Of a stretch of DNA of 34,776 nt, positions 1 through 11,099 are shown one piece after another. The position numbers and the translations under genes were made by a program. The notes below the pieces were generated by a model. The model saw only the letters and a list, made by a program, of their open reading frames with translations, did no database searches and was not told the DNA's origin. This stretch comes from Bigelowiella natans CCMP2755. Taxonomy: Eukaryota; Protista; Cercozoa. The DNA lies in contig ADNK01000702.1 in NCBI GenBank assembly GCA_000320545.1, positions 1 through 34,776 of the forward strand, in the 5' to 3' direction. Within the stretch, counting starts at the first letter, position 1. Every line of letters starts with the position of its first letter.

Positions 1-317
1 TTCATGGAAAATAATAGCCACAATAACAACACAGCACATACCATCTCCATGCAAGATCACATTGCTTTCATAACCATTCTAATCATCATCGTCGTCGTCG
101 TCGTCGTCATCATATTCATTATGTGACACACACACGGGCACACAGGGGGGGTTGTGGTTGTTGTTGTTATTGATGATGATGATGATGGTGATGATGATTG
201 TGGTGGAAAAGGTGGCGGGATTGCTAACATCAAGGGAGATGCTCCCATCTCCATCCAGATCGAACAAGTAGAAGGTTTTTCTCAGCTTCTGGTTCCTGGG
301 TAGTGGTGGTGATGATA

Positions 318-348
<31 letters not shown>

Positions 349-654
349 GACGATCTCGGAGAAGCAGCAGCGAACGTAGCAATATATAATTGCAGGAGTG
401 CTCTCACGCTTACACTCGATTTAGTACAGTTGATTTGTTTGCGCCGTCGCATCAGCATAGCGAAGGGTGTATGTGTGCATAGACTCGAAACCGTGAAGTA
501 CGCATCGTTTGGATTTCTACTCCTCCTTCGCTCATCAGAACGATGACGATGATAATACCGACCTATAGGATCCGAGGAGAATCGATAATCCTGATAAAAG
601 TAGTATGAACATACATAAGTAATACACACTGATAAGATTTTCTTCAATATCAAT

Positions 655-698
<44 letters not shown>

Positions 699-952
699 TC
701 AGAATAGACCCGTCGTTAAGTGGGGAGACCATTCAAAACCAATGGCGCTATTTCTGTTTACCATTGCGTGATTCTCATGATGTGTGTGCTGACGACTACA
801 TACCTGCAAGCAACTCCCGATTATCAACGAACCCGTCTTGATTCCTATCCCAAACACAATCAACAACGACAACAGCAACAACAACAGCAGCAGCAGATGC
901 ATCTTAGCGATATGAACGCGAAGAATGATAGCATGTACGTTAATATGTGTGT

Positions 953-993
<41 letters not shown>

Positions 994-1558
994 TGTGTGA
1001 GTCTGCGCTCTCAAGAACGTCGCAGGAAGCTACCACCTGTCAAACGCACCGAAGACCTTGGTTGCGATTTTGTCCACCAGAATCTTTGGAGGCACTTTAT
1101 GGTTGCTATTAATATAGGAGAGAAGATGAGAAAGAAGAGGCAGGAGGAGGAGGGGGAGGAGGGGGAGGGGGGAGAGGGAAATGCGCGCGAGAGAGAGGGT
1201 ATGCCTTGAGTCTGATTTGAGCAAGTAGATAGTGATAGAGAGAGGAGGGGGGGGGGGGAATTGAAAGAGCACCTTAATCCAGATCGGAGGAGGATACTGT
1301 GAGATAGTAATTAGTATTAAGTAAGAACATGCAAATAAGAAACCCAAACAACACACACACACACACACACACACATGCACGCACACATGCACGCACACAC
1401 ATGCACGCACGCACTCACATCGATGTATGCAAACAAAATAATGTTATGAGTGGATGTATGTCATCGTATGTAGCCACTTGAATTTCCTCCGAAATGCATT
1501 CTTGCTCAATTTCTCATCCTGGGAATAATGAAACACACACACAAACACGCTTACACAC

Positions 1559-1600
<42 letters not shown>

Positions 1601-3026
1601 GAAAGAGGGAGAGAGAGAATCATCTTTAACTTAGAGCCACCCACTGATACAGGAGGGTAGAGAGAAAGTAAAATAAATAGTTTCCGCAAAGCACCTTTGA
1701 ACTCCCGAATACTTCCATGAGCTCATCGCTACAAGAAGGAGGGCAGGAGGGGGGGGATCAAGGAAACCCAAAGAGAAATCAGCAGAAAACCATTCGAATG
1801 ACCAACATTCCCCCATTCACAGATCGAACAGAATAGCTGAAAGTTGATGAAACAGACGTGGCGACACACAAGTTCCATCGCAATGTGCAAGGTCGCTTGT
1901 TGGGCGTTCCGTGATGATCAGCATCGAACAACTACCACGTGCAGTTTTTCAAGGTGCTTTGTTGAATGTATTGCAGGAGCTCCGTCCGATCCTGGCAATT
2001 GAATAGCGTCGGGTTAACCTCAATATGCTTGCTTCTTCCGTATTAAGTCAGCATTTATTCCCTTCAGTAGGTAGTAAGCGTCCACGAACACACACTCGCA
2101 CGCAAACACAGCAGGCAAAAATGAACGCAAGTAGTCACCGCGCCATATGGCTCCGAGACCTAAGAGGGGGGTGAAACAAATTACACAGTGTGTTCAAAGG
2201 TTGCGAGAAATTGTGGGAAATCAGAGCACTAATCGTAGATATTTCAAGTTAGTAGATGATTGATGATGGCGCTACCGTCTCTAACTGGCTCGAGCTATCA
2301 AAAGTCTCCCTGGAGAGATATTTGTACAGCACGTACGAGCCTCCCACACTAGCTAGAAAAACCTTACAAATTTGTTAATTATTTCAGTGGTTTGGATTTG
2401 GAGATGCATGCATGCATCTTGATTCGTCACATGTCGCGTGTTCTAAAGTTGTTCCCCGCAATCAGCATTCATGTACGTGTTGCGTGTATCCCCAACGAAC
2501 TCACCCCGCCGACGGAGAGAGCTGAAGAATACCAGTGACCTAATAGATTTTCTTTCATCAGTGAAATGTGGTTGGAACGGTTGGTTGTTTGTAACAAGTC
2601 CGAAAACACATAGATGCGTTTGAAGTTCATCATCTCCTCCTCCTCCTCCTCTCTCCCGATTTGACACCTTTTTCTTTTGTCATTTTTATTCGCTTGGTCG
2701 GTTCAGATTGATGAGAGGGTGAAGATATGAGCACAGGTATATTGGTCAGACACGAAGGCAGATCAGCGCAAAAGGGAGGGGGGCACGAATCTCCGAAATC
2801 TGACGAGATTTCTACTATTCGCAAGAAAACAAGGCAAGATTTTATAGGTGCGACAACTAAATAATGATGACGTCTAGGGGATATTCAAAGGCATACGCGA
2901 ATTTATGATAAAATCCTGCCAAACAAAAGGAATGTTTTTCACTTGAGAATTCATCACCTGCGACAATGATATTTCCTTGTCGTAAACAATATCTTGGACT
3001 CGGCCGCTTCTAGGCTCTTGAGGCAT
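1..3026 (-). CDS. Multi-exon EF-hand calcium-binding protein (calcineurin B / neuronal calcium sensor-like); 3' end runs out of the window
   Basis: GT-AG splicing gives MPQEPRSGRVQDIVYDKEISLSQ (2958-3026)|VTGILQLSPSAG|ETFDSSSQLET|VSEPYGA|DRTELLQYIQQSTLKNCTC|DELMEVFGSSK|DEKLSKNAFRRKFN|ILLRSGLS|NHKVPPKILVDKIATKVFGAFDR|NQDGFVDNRELLAG|LSILLGSYR|NQKLRKTFYLFDLDGDGSISLD (229-295). There are two canonical EF loops (DRNQDGFVDNRE and DLDGDGSISLD). The 'GLSIL...KL..F..FDLDGDG' linker is typical of CnB/NCS proteins. The start codon and 5' exons are less certain. Confidence 0.8.
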
Positions 3027-3250
3027 TCATCCTGTGGCTCAGGTTGTCGACGATCCACGTCGTCGGGGGGGGTGGCAATACCAACAACACCCGCGCTGTG
3101 AGGCGGGGTGGGGAGTGGGTAGATACGTTCGGATTTCCTCTTCAAATGGGGCGTGGGGGTATTGGGAGTGCTATCGTCAGCTAATTGCCACCCCTATCAG
3201 GGCAAATATAGATGATTTACCTATACAAATGTTTTAGGAGGAGAGGAGCG

Positions 3251-3537
3251 ATGCTATCTTCCGCCGTGCACACTCTCGTCGCTGCAATTATCTGGAGCAG
3301 TGGTGATATATTCACTGCAAATGCCGGTAACTTTGTCAGCAGGCGCCCTGCATGTCGAAGCGGACTTGGAGACACCGCAACGAGGTTGAGAACGAATGCG
3401 ATGATGGCCAGAGTGCAGAGGCGAGTTGCACCAACAAACGACGATTTACATTCCGAAAGACATCAGCCACATCAAACTGATATGTCAAAGAGAAGAAGGA
3501 AGGTATTTGCATGGGTATGTTTTCCATATTTTTTATT

Positions 3538-3599
<62 letters not shown>

Positions 3600-3608
3600 A
3601 ATATAGAA

Positions 3609-3643
<35 letters not shown>

Positions 3644-4208
3644 TCATTATCACATCTACGAATAGACACACGCACACACGCACTCACTTCAATAGCAACG
3701 CTGTTATCGTTCTTACGCAAGTGTGAATTACTCTCAGAGCCTACAATCTCTCCTTTTCGGTCTCCCAGCTTCTGCCGTCCTCGCATTCTCTACATTGAAT
3801 AACGCAAAGCCTGCTTTTGCCTCGACATTAACGGAAGACAGGGGCGAAGGTGTGCCCCTATGTGTCTTGCGTGGAGAGGAGGGGGAGGGGAGGGTGTCGC
3901 AAAGTGCATGCAAGTTATGAGAGGCATAGCTTGTGACCCGTTATATGTCAATGAGCCGAAGCCGCTGTTTTGTTCTTCAACATCGGAGATCACCGCATAT
4001 TCTTGAGCGTATTCAATATAGCCCCCCTCCATAACTGTTCATATGATCAGAGGAAGCGTCGGCGGGGGACGAGAGTGTTGCTGATAGTTTCACTGTCGAC
4101 CAAATCATAGAAACCATCAAGGTTTCATGTATTGCTGTCCTTAAATAAGTTATTACTAAAACAAGATTATCTTAGTGTTTCAAATTTTTTTTTCTTTCTT
4201 TTTCGTCA

Positions 4209-4254
<46 letters not shown>

Positions 4255-5185
4255 CGCTCTTACTAAAATCTCGAAGGACGACATCGTCGAGCATCAGTAC
4301 CTCATCACAGGGGACTTAAACGATGTCATCTACACACCGTAAGAAAGAACCCATCAATGAAACATCATAACAAAAACCATGCAAAAATACGAGGTGGGGC
4401 TATCATTAGAACGAGAGAATGTAAAAGCGCTGCGTTTATTTCATTTGAATGAATATCAAAATAGCAATAACGAGTGCTTCTACTGCTACCTCTACCTTGA
4501 TAGGGAATGCGAGTTTAAACAGCCACTTCAGACAATTAAGGGCACTGCTGAGTACAAGAAACGGGTCATAATTCATATATTATATATGCGCGTGTGAATG
4601 TGCGCGTGTGTGTACATGCCACCTCTTACTTGTCTACTTGAGTGGTAGCGATCGGCTTGATGGTGAATCACATAGCGACTGCGTACACGTGTAGTAATTA
4701 TGTCGATATTTTGGTTAGATTGGCAAGCTGTGGGACCAGAGCAAGTCATCTGTGGAGCTATTGGGTAGCGTATTTTTTTTTTAAAAGAATGGAATTTGTA
4801 CAAATTCTTCGGCGAAATGACTGTCGGTATGCTCGCAACCCACGAGCTCCGAGTTATCTACTACCCCAAAGATGTTTCTTTGCAGCTATTTTTTATTCCA
4901 AAAAGAAGCATCAGAGGATTTGTCGAGTTGAAATTGCCGGGAGACACACGCCTTAATCACAGCACATACACAATATAGGATGTATTGTGTGGCTGGGTCT
5001 AAATATCATGCGTGTTTGTGGATATTTTGGTGTGCTTCGGTGCGTGTGTGCGTGTGATTGGCTTGCAGAAGTATCTCGTGACGACGCTACGCACATTGTG
5101 GCGACTTGGAGAATCACGTCATATATACTAATCAACAGATAAAGAATAATGAATGTGCTTGTAATTATAGTATGGCGCGCACGCA

Positions 5186-5220
<35 letters not shown>

Positions 5221-5586
5221 GCTACGCATCTGCCACTTACACCTGGGTATTATGTACGTGTACAGGGGTGCGTTGGGGGGGTTGTATCTATTCGGCAGCG
5301 GTAAGTTGGCTCCCTTCACAGGCAAAACTCGGTATTGTGTGACTCTGCTGCGTTCATCTCCCTCCAAACGAGAATGGCCTGGCACGAAACTTGTTTTCAT
5401 ATATCTGCTCCCCCCCCCCCTCTCTCTCCCTCTCTCTCCATCATTGATGACTGGAGAGATTGGAACTGAACTTACTTACATGATTCGCCCATGCTGCTTC
5501 TTCCTCTCGGCAGATATACTTTGGATCCCCAGAGCAATAAGATCGTGCGGTCGTACGAAGACTGGGAATCGACACCATGGGGCTGA
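3251..5586 (+). CDS. DUF2358 / SnoaL (NTF2-like) family protein with signal + transit + Tat-like lumenal leader
   Basis: Exons 3251-3502, 3738-3849, ~4050-4121, ~4278-4338, ~4504-4564, ~4719-4764, ~5069-5118, ~5266-5330, ~5513-5586. They give ...TVDQIIETIK|DDIVEHQYLITGDLNDVIYTP|ECEFKQPLQTIKGTAEYKKR|IGKLWDQSKSSVELL|EVSRDDATHIVATWRIT|GALGGLYLFGSGKLAPFTGKTR|YTLDPQSNKIVRSYEDWESTPWG*. This matches the plant DUF2358 pattern (Y-x-x-TG-D/N-L...IY..DC.F..P...G...Y ... W ... G.T.Y.LD..GKI....E.W). Confidence 0.85.
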
Positions 5587-6645
5587 GAATCAAAACACAA
5601 AGAACTCACATGATGCTGTGAGATATACTCCTAAACAATTCTATGTGTTGCGGAAATAGCTGCGCGTACAACTGCTATCTGCATGTGGCATGGCTATGTC
5701 GGTATCGTTTATGCCGTGCATGTGACCAATAAGCAAGCGTATGTGCGGAGGAATGCACGCTATACGTGCACACATGTCTTATTTATACGCTGTGGCTACG
5801 CATGTCCAGATGTGCTGATGTAGGGGACACGATACGGATGTGTTGTGCGTCGTCCATCATGCACTCAATAATCTAGATGTACTAGCTTTGCATCAGCGAA
5901 CATCGCATAGCAGATCGACAGCCTTTCTAGCTTTAGCCGTGAAGCATGTCGTTTGCTAGCATCATTGATTTCGAACCGCTGCATACATACGGCATACATA
6001 CGTACATGATGTGTCATTCACTGGTAAATCCTACTTGTAGCTCACCACAGAGCAGCATATAGACGATTGCTTTGGATTGCACATCGTTGCACATATGCGT
6101 GTATAGCAATTTAGAACCTTCTTATTTGAACACACACTTGCAGACAACACTAACATGCATGCATGGTTATGTACACGCACTAATTCACCCAGATATTGAT
6201 GGTGTAGATGTGGATGCTTGCTTACGTAGCATATCTAGATAATTATGTATGCTGTATGATCGCACGCGCGCAAGCACGGAATGAGCACATACTGCATTCG
6301 TCTATGGTTTCACAACGATGTGATATATGTCGTAAACTGAGTATATTATTACATTAATAATCAAGGGTAAATATGTTTCACACCAAATAGTAGTTTCTCC
6401 TCGTTAAATGGATCAAGAAGGCTTATTCGACTAGCTGCAGAAGCATCAGCGATGATCGATCTTGTAGATGTACATATACTAACAACAATGAAAGTTGTAA
6501 ACATGTTCTTTCGAAATGCATAATTTAATTGGTACTAGTATAATATGATGCATCCTCTCTACACATGACGACAAGTATGCATCGGTACAAAATCAATTCA
6601 AAAATTGATATCAACTTGCCTACATCGTCACATAAGGGAAATCCA

Positions 6646-6933
6646 TCATTCCAACGATTTCTTTTTCCAATTGATCCTATCAGGACATTCGCGATAAACG
6701 TGAAGCAGGTAGTAATTTGTGATTTCAAGAAACTCCTCTTTGCAGTCAACTTCATCCTTGGGATATCGTCGAAGCGAGGGCTTGAACCTTCTACGGATAA
6801 ATTGACTGTCTTCTGCACACAATCGAACCACCAGCAATTTGGAAGCTGCCTTCGTCTCTGTCTCAGTCTCCGTCTTACTTACTATCTTTTGGGCGGGTGA
6901 AGCACGCGTAGATTCTTTGGAGCAATCGGCCAT
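6646..6933 (-). CDS. Small hypothetical protein (95 aa from ATG at 6933), divergent from the zinc-finger gene
   Basis: ORF MADCSKESTRASPAQKIVSKTETETETKAASKLLVVRL...RINWKKKSLE*. Charged, protein-like composition but no recognisable domain. Confidence 0.35.
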   Translation of the reverse strand: MADCSKESTRASPAQKIVSKTETETETKAASKLLVVRLCAEDSQFIRRRFKPSLRRYPKDEVDCKEEFLEITNYYLLHVYRECPDRINWKKKSLE

Positions 6934-7216
6934 GGTTCTGAGGTTTGAATGGAAGACTCGTCGAAACAATGCCTCACAAGGTTTTCACGGAAGTACGATT
7001 TGGTGGGAAATTTTCCGTCGCAACTCCGAAATCCATTCCCCAGCTGACAAAACTCACTAAAGACGCCAAAAGCTTGTCGCAGGTTTATAATCCAGTCCAT
7101 TCGTTGGCGTCTCTCGGCCGGGTTTTGGCGATATCGTGGTTCTGGGGAGGAATGCGGAGAATATGCAAATACCAGCATCTTTTTTTTTTAGGCCAAATTC
7201 GTGACCGAGGGACAGG

Positions 7217-7340
7217 GATGGAGTTGGGCAAATTTGGTGCGTTGGGGGAGGCCGAGCTGCGTTGCATACCAAAGGCTGAGGATGGGGTTGGGCGATATCG
7301 GGCGTTCCGGGAGGCCAGGCTGCGTTGCATCACCAAGGCT
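7217..7340 (+). repeat. Degenerate ~63-bp tandem duplication (2 copies)
   Basis: ggatggagttgggcaaatttggtgcgttgggggaggccgagctgcgttgcataccaaaggct followed by ggatggggttgggcgatatcgggcgttccgggaggccaggctgcgttgcatcaccaaggct. Confidence 0.8.
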
Positions 7341-7626
7341 CATTTTGGCCGCCTTTGGTTCATTTGACGACAGGGGACATCTGGCGCCGGAAATACTTCG
7401 AGCGGCTGAGGAAGTGGCTGTCGTCCAGCAAATAGGAACTCCGTATGGAGAGGAGAAGAGGAGAAGGAGCTAATTAGAGAGCCTGCGGTCTCATGTGTGA
7501 GCATTTGGAGTAGTACCACTGGACCCACATATCCCGAAAATCGCGAACTGTCTGCTCGGTTCTTCCATGCATCAACAGCAAGGATTCTTTCAAGGCTGCC
7601 TCGTGGGAAGTCCCTTTTTTGACCCG

Positions 7627-8904
7627 ATGGTAGACCAGGACGCTGATTGGCGTCGCCAGTGCGGCACAAGTCCAATTCGAACAGAAGGAGAAGAACGCCA
7701 GTTAGACGAGATAAGGTCATCTTCATCGAAAACTCAGGCCAATCTGGACCCCAGTTCTGTTGAATCATTTTCTCAAAATGCGAGTACATTACTATTTCCT
7801 CCAGATGGAGAGCCTAAATACAGAGATCTGCAACCTCAACTGGAACAGGAACAGCAGGCAACATTGGAGACCGCTCTCAAGAGCAGCTATGCTGATGACA
7901 TTACATATGAGTTCGAAAAATATAGCGGAAAACTGACCCATGCCTCGGTTGATGAGCTGCAGAAAAGCGACACCAGAAAAAGGAACGCAACTGTAACTAA
8001 TGGGAATCTATCGCAGATTTCTCCTAAGGGAGGCGATCCTTGCCAAGTCCATGTTAAAGAGGGTTGTCCAAAAAATAGTAAGGTTCATGAGAAAAAGGGC
8101 TGCTGTGTTAAGAAATTCGAAGAATTGCTGAAGATTGCAGGGGGAGTGGACATTGACGAGTACGTTATCAAAGATCTGGAGAATAGGGCTGCCGAGGCTT
8201 CGAAATCGGGCTTGAATAAGTTTAGAATCGTTCAAGGGGAACTTCGATATATTTGCAGCTGGTGCAAAGAGGACAAATGCTGCACCAAATTTCGATCCAT
8301 CGAAAACAGCAAATTTGCCAAATTTGAATCTAGCAAGAACAGCAAAAGGTATTATATGAGTCGTCATTTCCGAAAATATACTGGTGTGTAATTTTGAGAT
8401 ATTAGTTCTCACTTCTCACACACTACTGAAAATTGCTTTTTACGAACTAGAGTCTCCGTTTACTGATCATATATTGATTAATAAAGGTTGGGTGCTGACA
8501 ATTACGCCGTTATAAAACACTTGGGTAGCTGTGCTGGCGTGTCACCTAGTGTGCAAACTTTTATAAAACAAAGAAAAAGGAGAATTGCATCTGCGAGAAA
8601 AACATCTAGCCCGGTCGTTCTCAGCCATGAAAATTTCAAGAAAATTGCCGAGGGACTTGGAAGGTATTCTCGATACTTTGCAGCTATGAGTAAGGTCGTT
8701 CAGACTATTGCGATTGAAGCAAAGAGCTTACCAACAAAAGTAAAATATGAATTTGAAGTGAAAAAAAAAGCTCTCCAAGGGCAGAAATCACGAAAACGAT
8801 CCTCCATGGCAAACGTGTCTTCTGTCGAGGATATTAATGGGCACCAAGCTTCGAAGAGGCATCACGTCGCCTCTCAAGCTTCCAATAAATGTGCACAGTT
8901 TTGA
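7627..8904 (+). CDS. Two-exon hypothetical protein with a CxxC...HLxxC (BED-like) zinc finger; possibly transposon-derived
   Basis: ORFs 7567/7627..8387 and 8487..8904 join in frame through a GT..AG intron at 8388-8486 (YTGV|LGADNYAVIKHLGSC). Zn ligands YICSWC ... KHLGSC. Basic NLS-like stretches (KQRKRR, KSRKR). The start may be 7567. Confidence 0.6.
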
Positions 8905-9378
8905 TGTCAGAACTGTAGATATCATATTACGTTGTCTATAATATTTAACTCTCTGGTGTCACATGGAACGATGGCGTGCGATTTTTCAAACGATCCAACA
9001 ACACACACACTGCTTTAAGACGGATGTAATTAATCAATTAAACTTGTCCAATGGTCATCCTTATGCAGCTGTGCAATGCATGTGCGAGCGTGCAGAGAGA
9101 AGCAGTCCACAAATTTTGTAGGAGCACTCATGAGATCATGAGCTGTGCACCAGCTAGCTAGCTAGCCAGCCGTGCATTCATGCGTCGATGATCCCACGTA
9201 CTTTGTTTGGCGCGATTTTGCATCACTGATTGTTTCTCGCGTCGTAATGCACATGTCTATTGTCTGTCCACGCGCACATATATACATCTTGACAAGCATG
9301 AAGAACATAACATGTCATTTATGATGCGATGCCCATGCATTGTCACCATCTCGCATGACTAGGTGATCGCACGCGACA

Positions 9379-10018
9379 TCATACAAGCTTGTGTTCTATT
9401 TTCCCGTCCGGTCCCTTCAACGTAGTGTACGTTATTGGTATGAAAAAGAGTCCTACCTGCGGCATTGGGGAGCGAGACATCGTGAATCTTCCGGAGTTTT
9501 CGGGCTCAAACTTATTCGAGATCGCTTGCTTTTGTTCCTTACTGACATAAACAGTCAGATTTTCGCATTCATCAAAACCGCTGCACTGAATGATGAAATA
9601 TTCCTGCTCGTCCTTTTTTGCCCTCCCGTGCACCAGAAATTCGGTTTCTAAGAACTTCTTTTCCGATGTGTCGCGCGGCGTCTCGTACATTTGCTTCACC
9701 TTGAATCCTGCCTTGGTGACCTCCTCCTATTTATCACAAAATATTGTGTTGCTTTTTTCATGCGATCCTATCGGTTGTCGGTTGGCTCGTTCCGTGTGCT
9801 CTTCTCTCATCCCTAACCAGCAACCCATCTGTCTATTTTTATCCCGTCTATATGCCTGTAATGGGTACTTTCGATACCTGCACTTTGCTCTTCGACCGGA
9901 ACGGGGAACTATATTCGCCAAAGACTGTAATGCTGATCTCCTTTGCATCGCTGGGGATCTCATTGACATTGTTCTTTTTGCTGTTGATATACACAGGCAC
10001 GCGCATTACTAACCTGGA

Positions 10019-10062
<44 letters not shown>

Positions 10063-10153
10063 TACACATACACACGCACATGCACGTATACACAAATATA
10101 ATGCGCATAGGCATCCATGGTACGCCCGTATACCTTCCGAAGGAAGGGATCAT
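9379..10153 (-). CDS. Hypothetical protein, 3 exons (~170 aa)
   Basis: MIPSFGR (10134-10153)|LVMRVPVYINSKKNNVNEIPSDAKEISITVFGEYSSPFRSKSKVQ (~9878-10013)|EEVTKAGFKVKQMYETPRD...KIEHKLV* (9379-9726). Phases are consistent with canonical GT-AG introns, and the first intron holds a CA repeat. Confidence 0.55.
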
Positions 10154-10346
10154 CCCTGGGTGATAAGATATCTTATCGGTGCCAGATGGATTCGGGAAAA
10201 ACCAAAATCATATTTAGGATATATTATGGTATAATTCTGTTAATATCAGAAACCCCGAAACAACAACAACAACAAGAACAACAGGAAGAAGAAAAACGAC
10301 AACGACGAATAAAGATCTACATACTGGTATCATACCTCAAACGACG

Positions 10347-11099
10347 ATGGGTTGCAGCCCTAGCAGCGCGAAGCCCGTTCCAAAGGTTACGGAAGAGTTT
10401 GATGCAAAGGTTACGGAAGAGTTCGGTGTGTTTGGTTGCTTTGCGAGTGCCGACGTGAAAGAAACCATCAAGCTGAACTACGCCGATGCCGAGATCCAGG
10501 TAAAGGAGGAACCTCGTGCAACGCGCTATTCGCTCATGAAAACTCCAACCGGTGGTGATATCGACAGTGAGAAGCCCCAAAACAAGGTGTACTGGGTGGC
10601 TGCGTTTGAGAACAAAGAGGCTTACGATGTTGATCACAAAGAACGGAAATCGAATCAAGAATATACGAAAAAGCTGTTCCCCACCGGTGCAAACAAAGAT
10701 AACCCCATGATGAACCTGAGCGGATCATACATGGGCCCCATATGGCATGTTGAAAGATCCAGCGGTGCTACGGTCCAAAATATTTCAAAGCCATTCATAA
10801 CCCTCTCCACCCTAAAAGCTAAAAGCGCAGAAGAGGCTGAAAAAGCGTTGGCGTCTATTAAAGATTATGCACGCACGCAGGCAGTCGGCCCGCTACGTAT
10901 AACTTTGGTACGAGTAGCTGACGGTATCATGCCAGGACCTAAAGATGCGACCACTCTTCAATGGGTTCAGGAATGGAGCAGTGAATCTGATTACAAAGAT
11001 CTTACTCAAGCAAAGAAGACAATTGACACGCAGCCTGCCGTCGTCTCTGGAGAGACACTTACTGTGATCGAGTTCAACGACGCACAACATTTTCGATGA
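10347..11099 (+). CDS. Intronless 250-aa protein: N-terminal MGC acylation motif + two ABM-like (dimeric alpha+beta barrel) domains
   Basis: MGCSPSS is a myristoylation/palmitoylation motif. 'EEPRATRYSL...KPQNKVYWVAAFENKEAYDVDH' and 'GPLRITL...KDATTLQWVQEWSSESDY' both resemble the ABM consensus EPG...Y.......P.......E.W.S.EA...H. Confidence 0.7.
   Translation: MGCSPSSAKPVPKVTEEFDAKVTEEFGVFGCFASADVKETIKLNYADAEIQVKEEPRATRYSLMKTPTGGDIDSEKPQNKVYWVAAFENKEAYDVDHKERKSNQEYTKKLFPTGANKDNPMMNLSGSYMGPIWHVERSSGATVQNISKPFITLSTLKAKSAEEAEKALASIKDYARTQAVGPLRITLVRVADGIMPGPKDATTLQWVQEWSSESDYKDLTQAKKTIDTQPAVVSGETLTVIEFNDAQHFR

Noticed and set aside
9540-9650. Chromodomain-like look of 'EFLVHGRAKKDEQEYFIIQCSGFDECENL'
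   Set aside because: It lacks the conserved KW.G and TWEP aromatic residues, so the resemblance is too weak.
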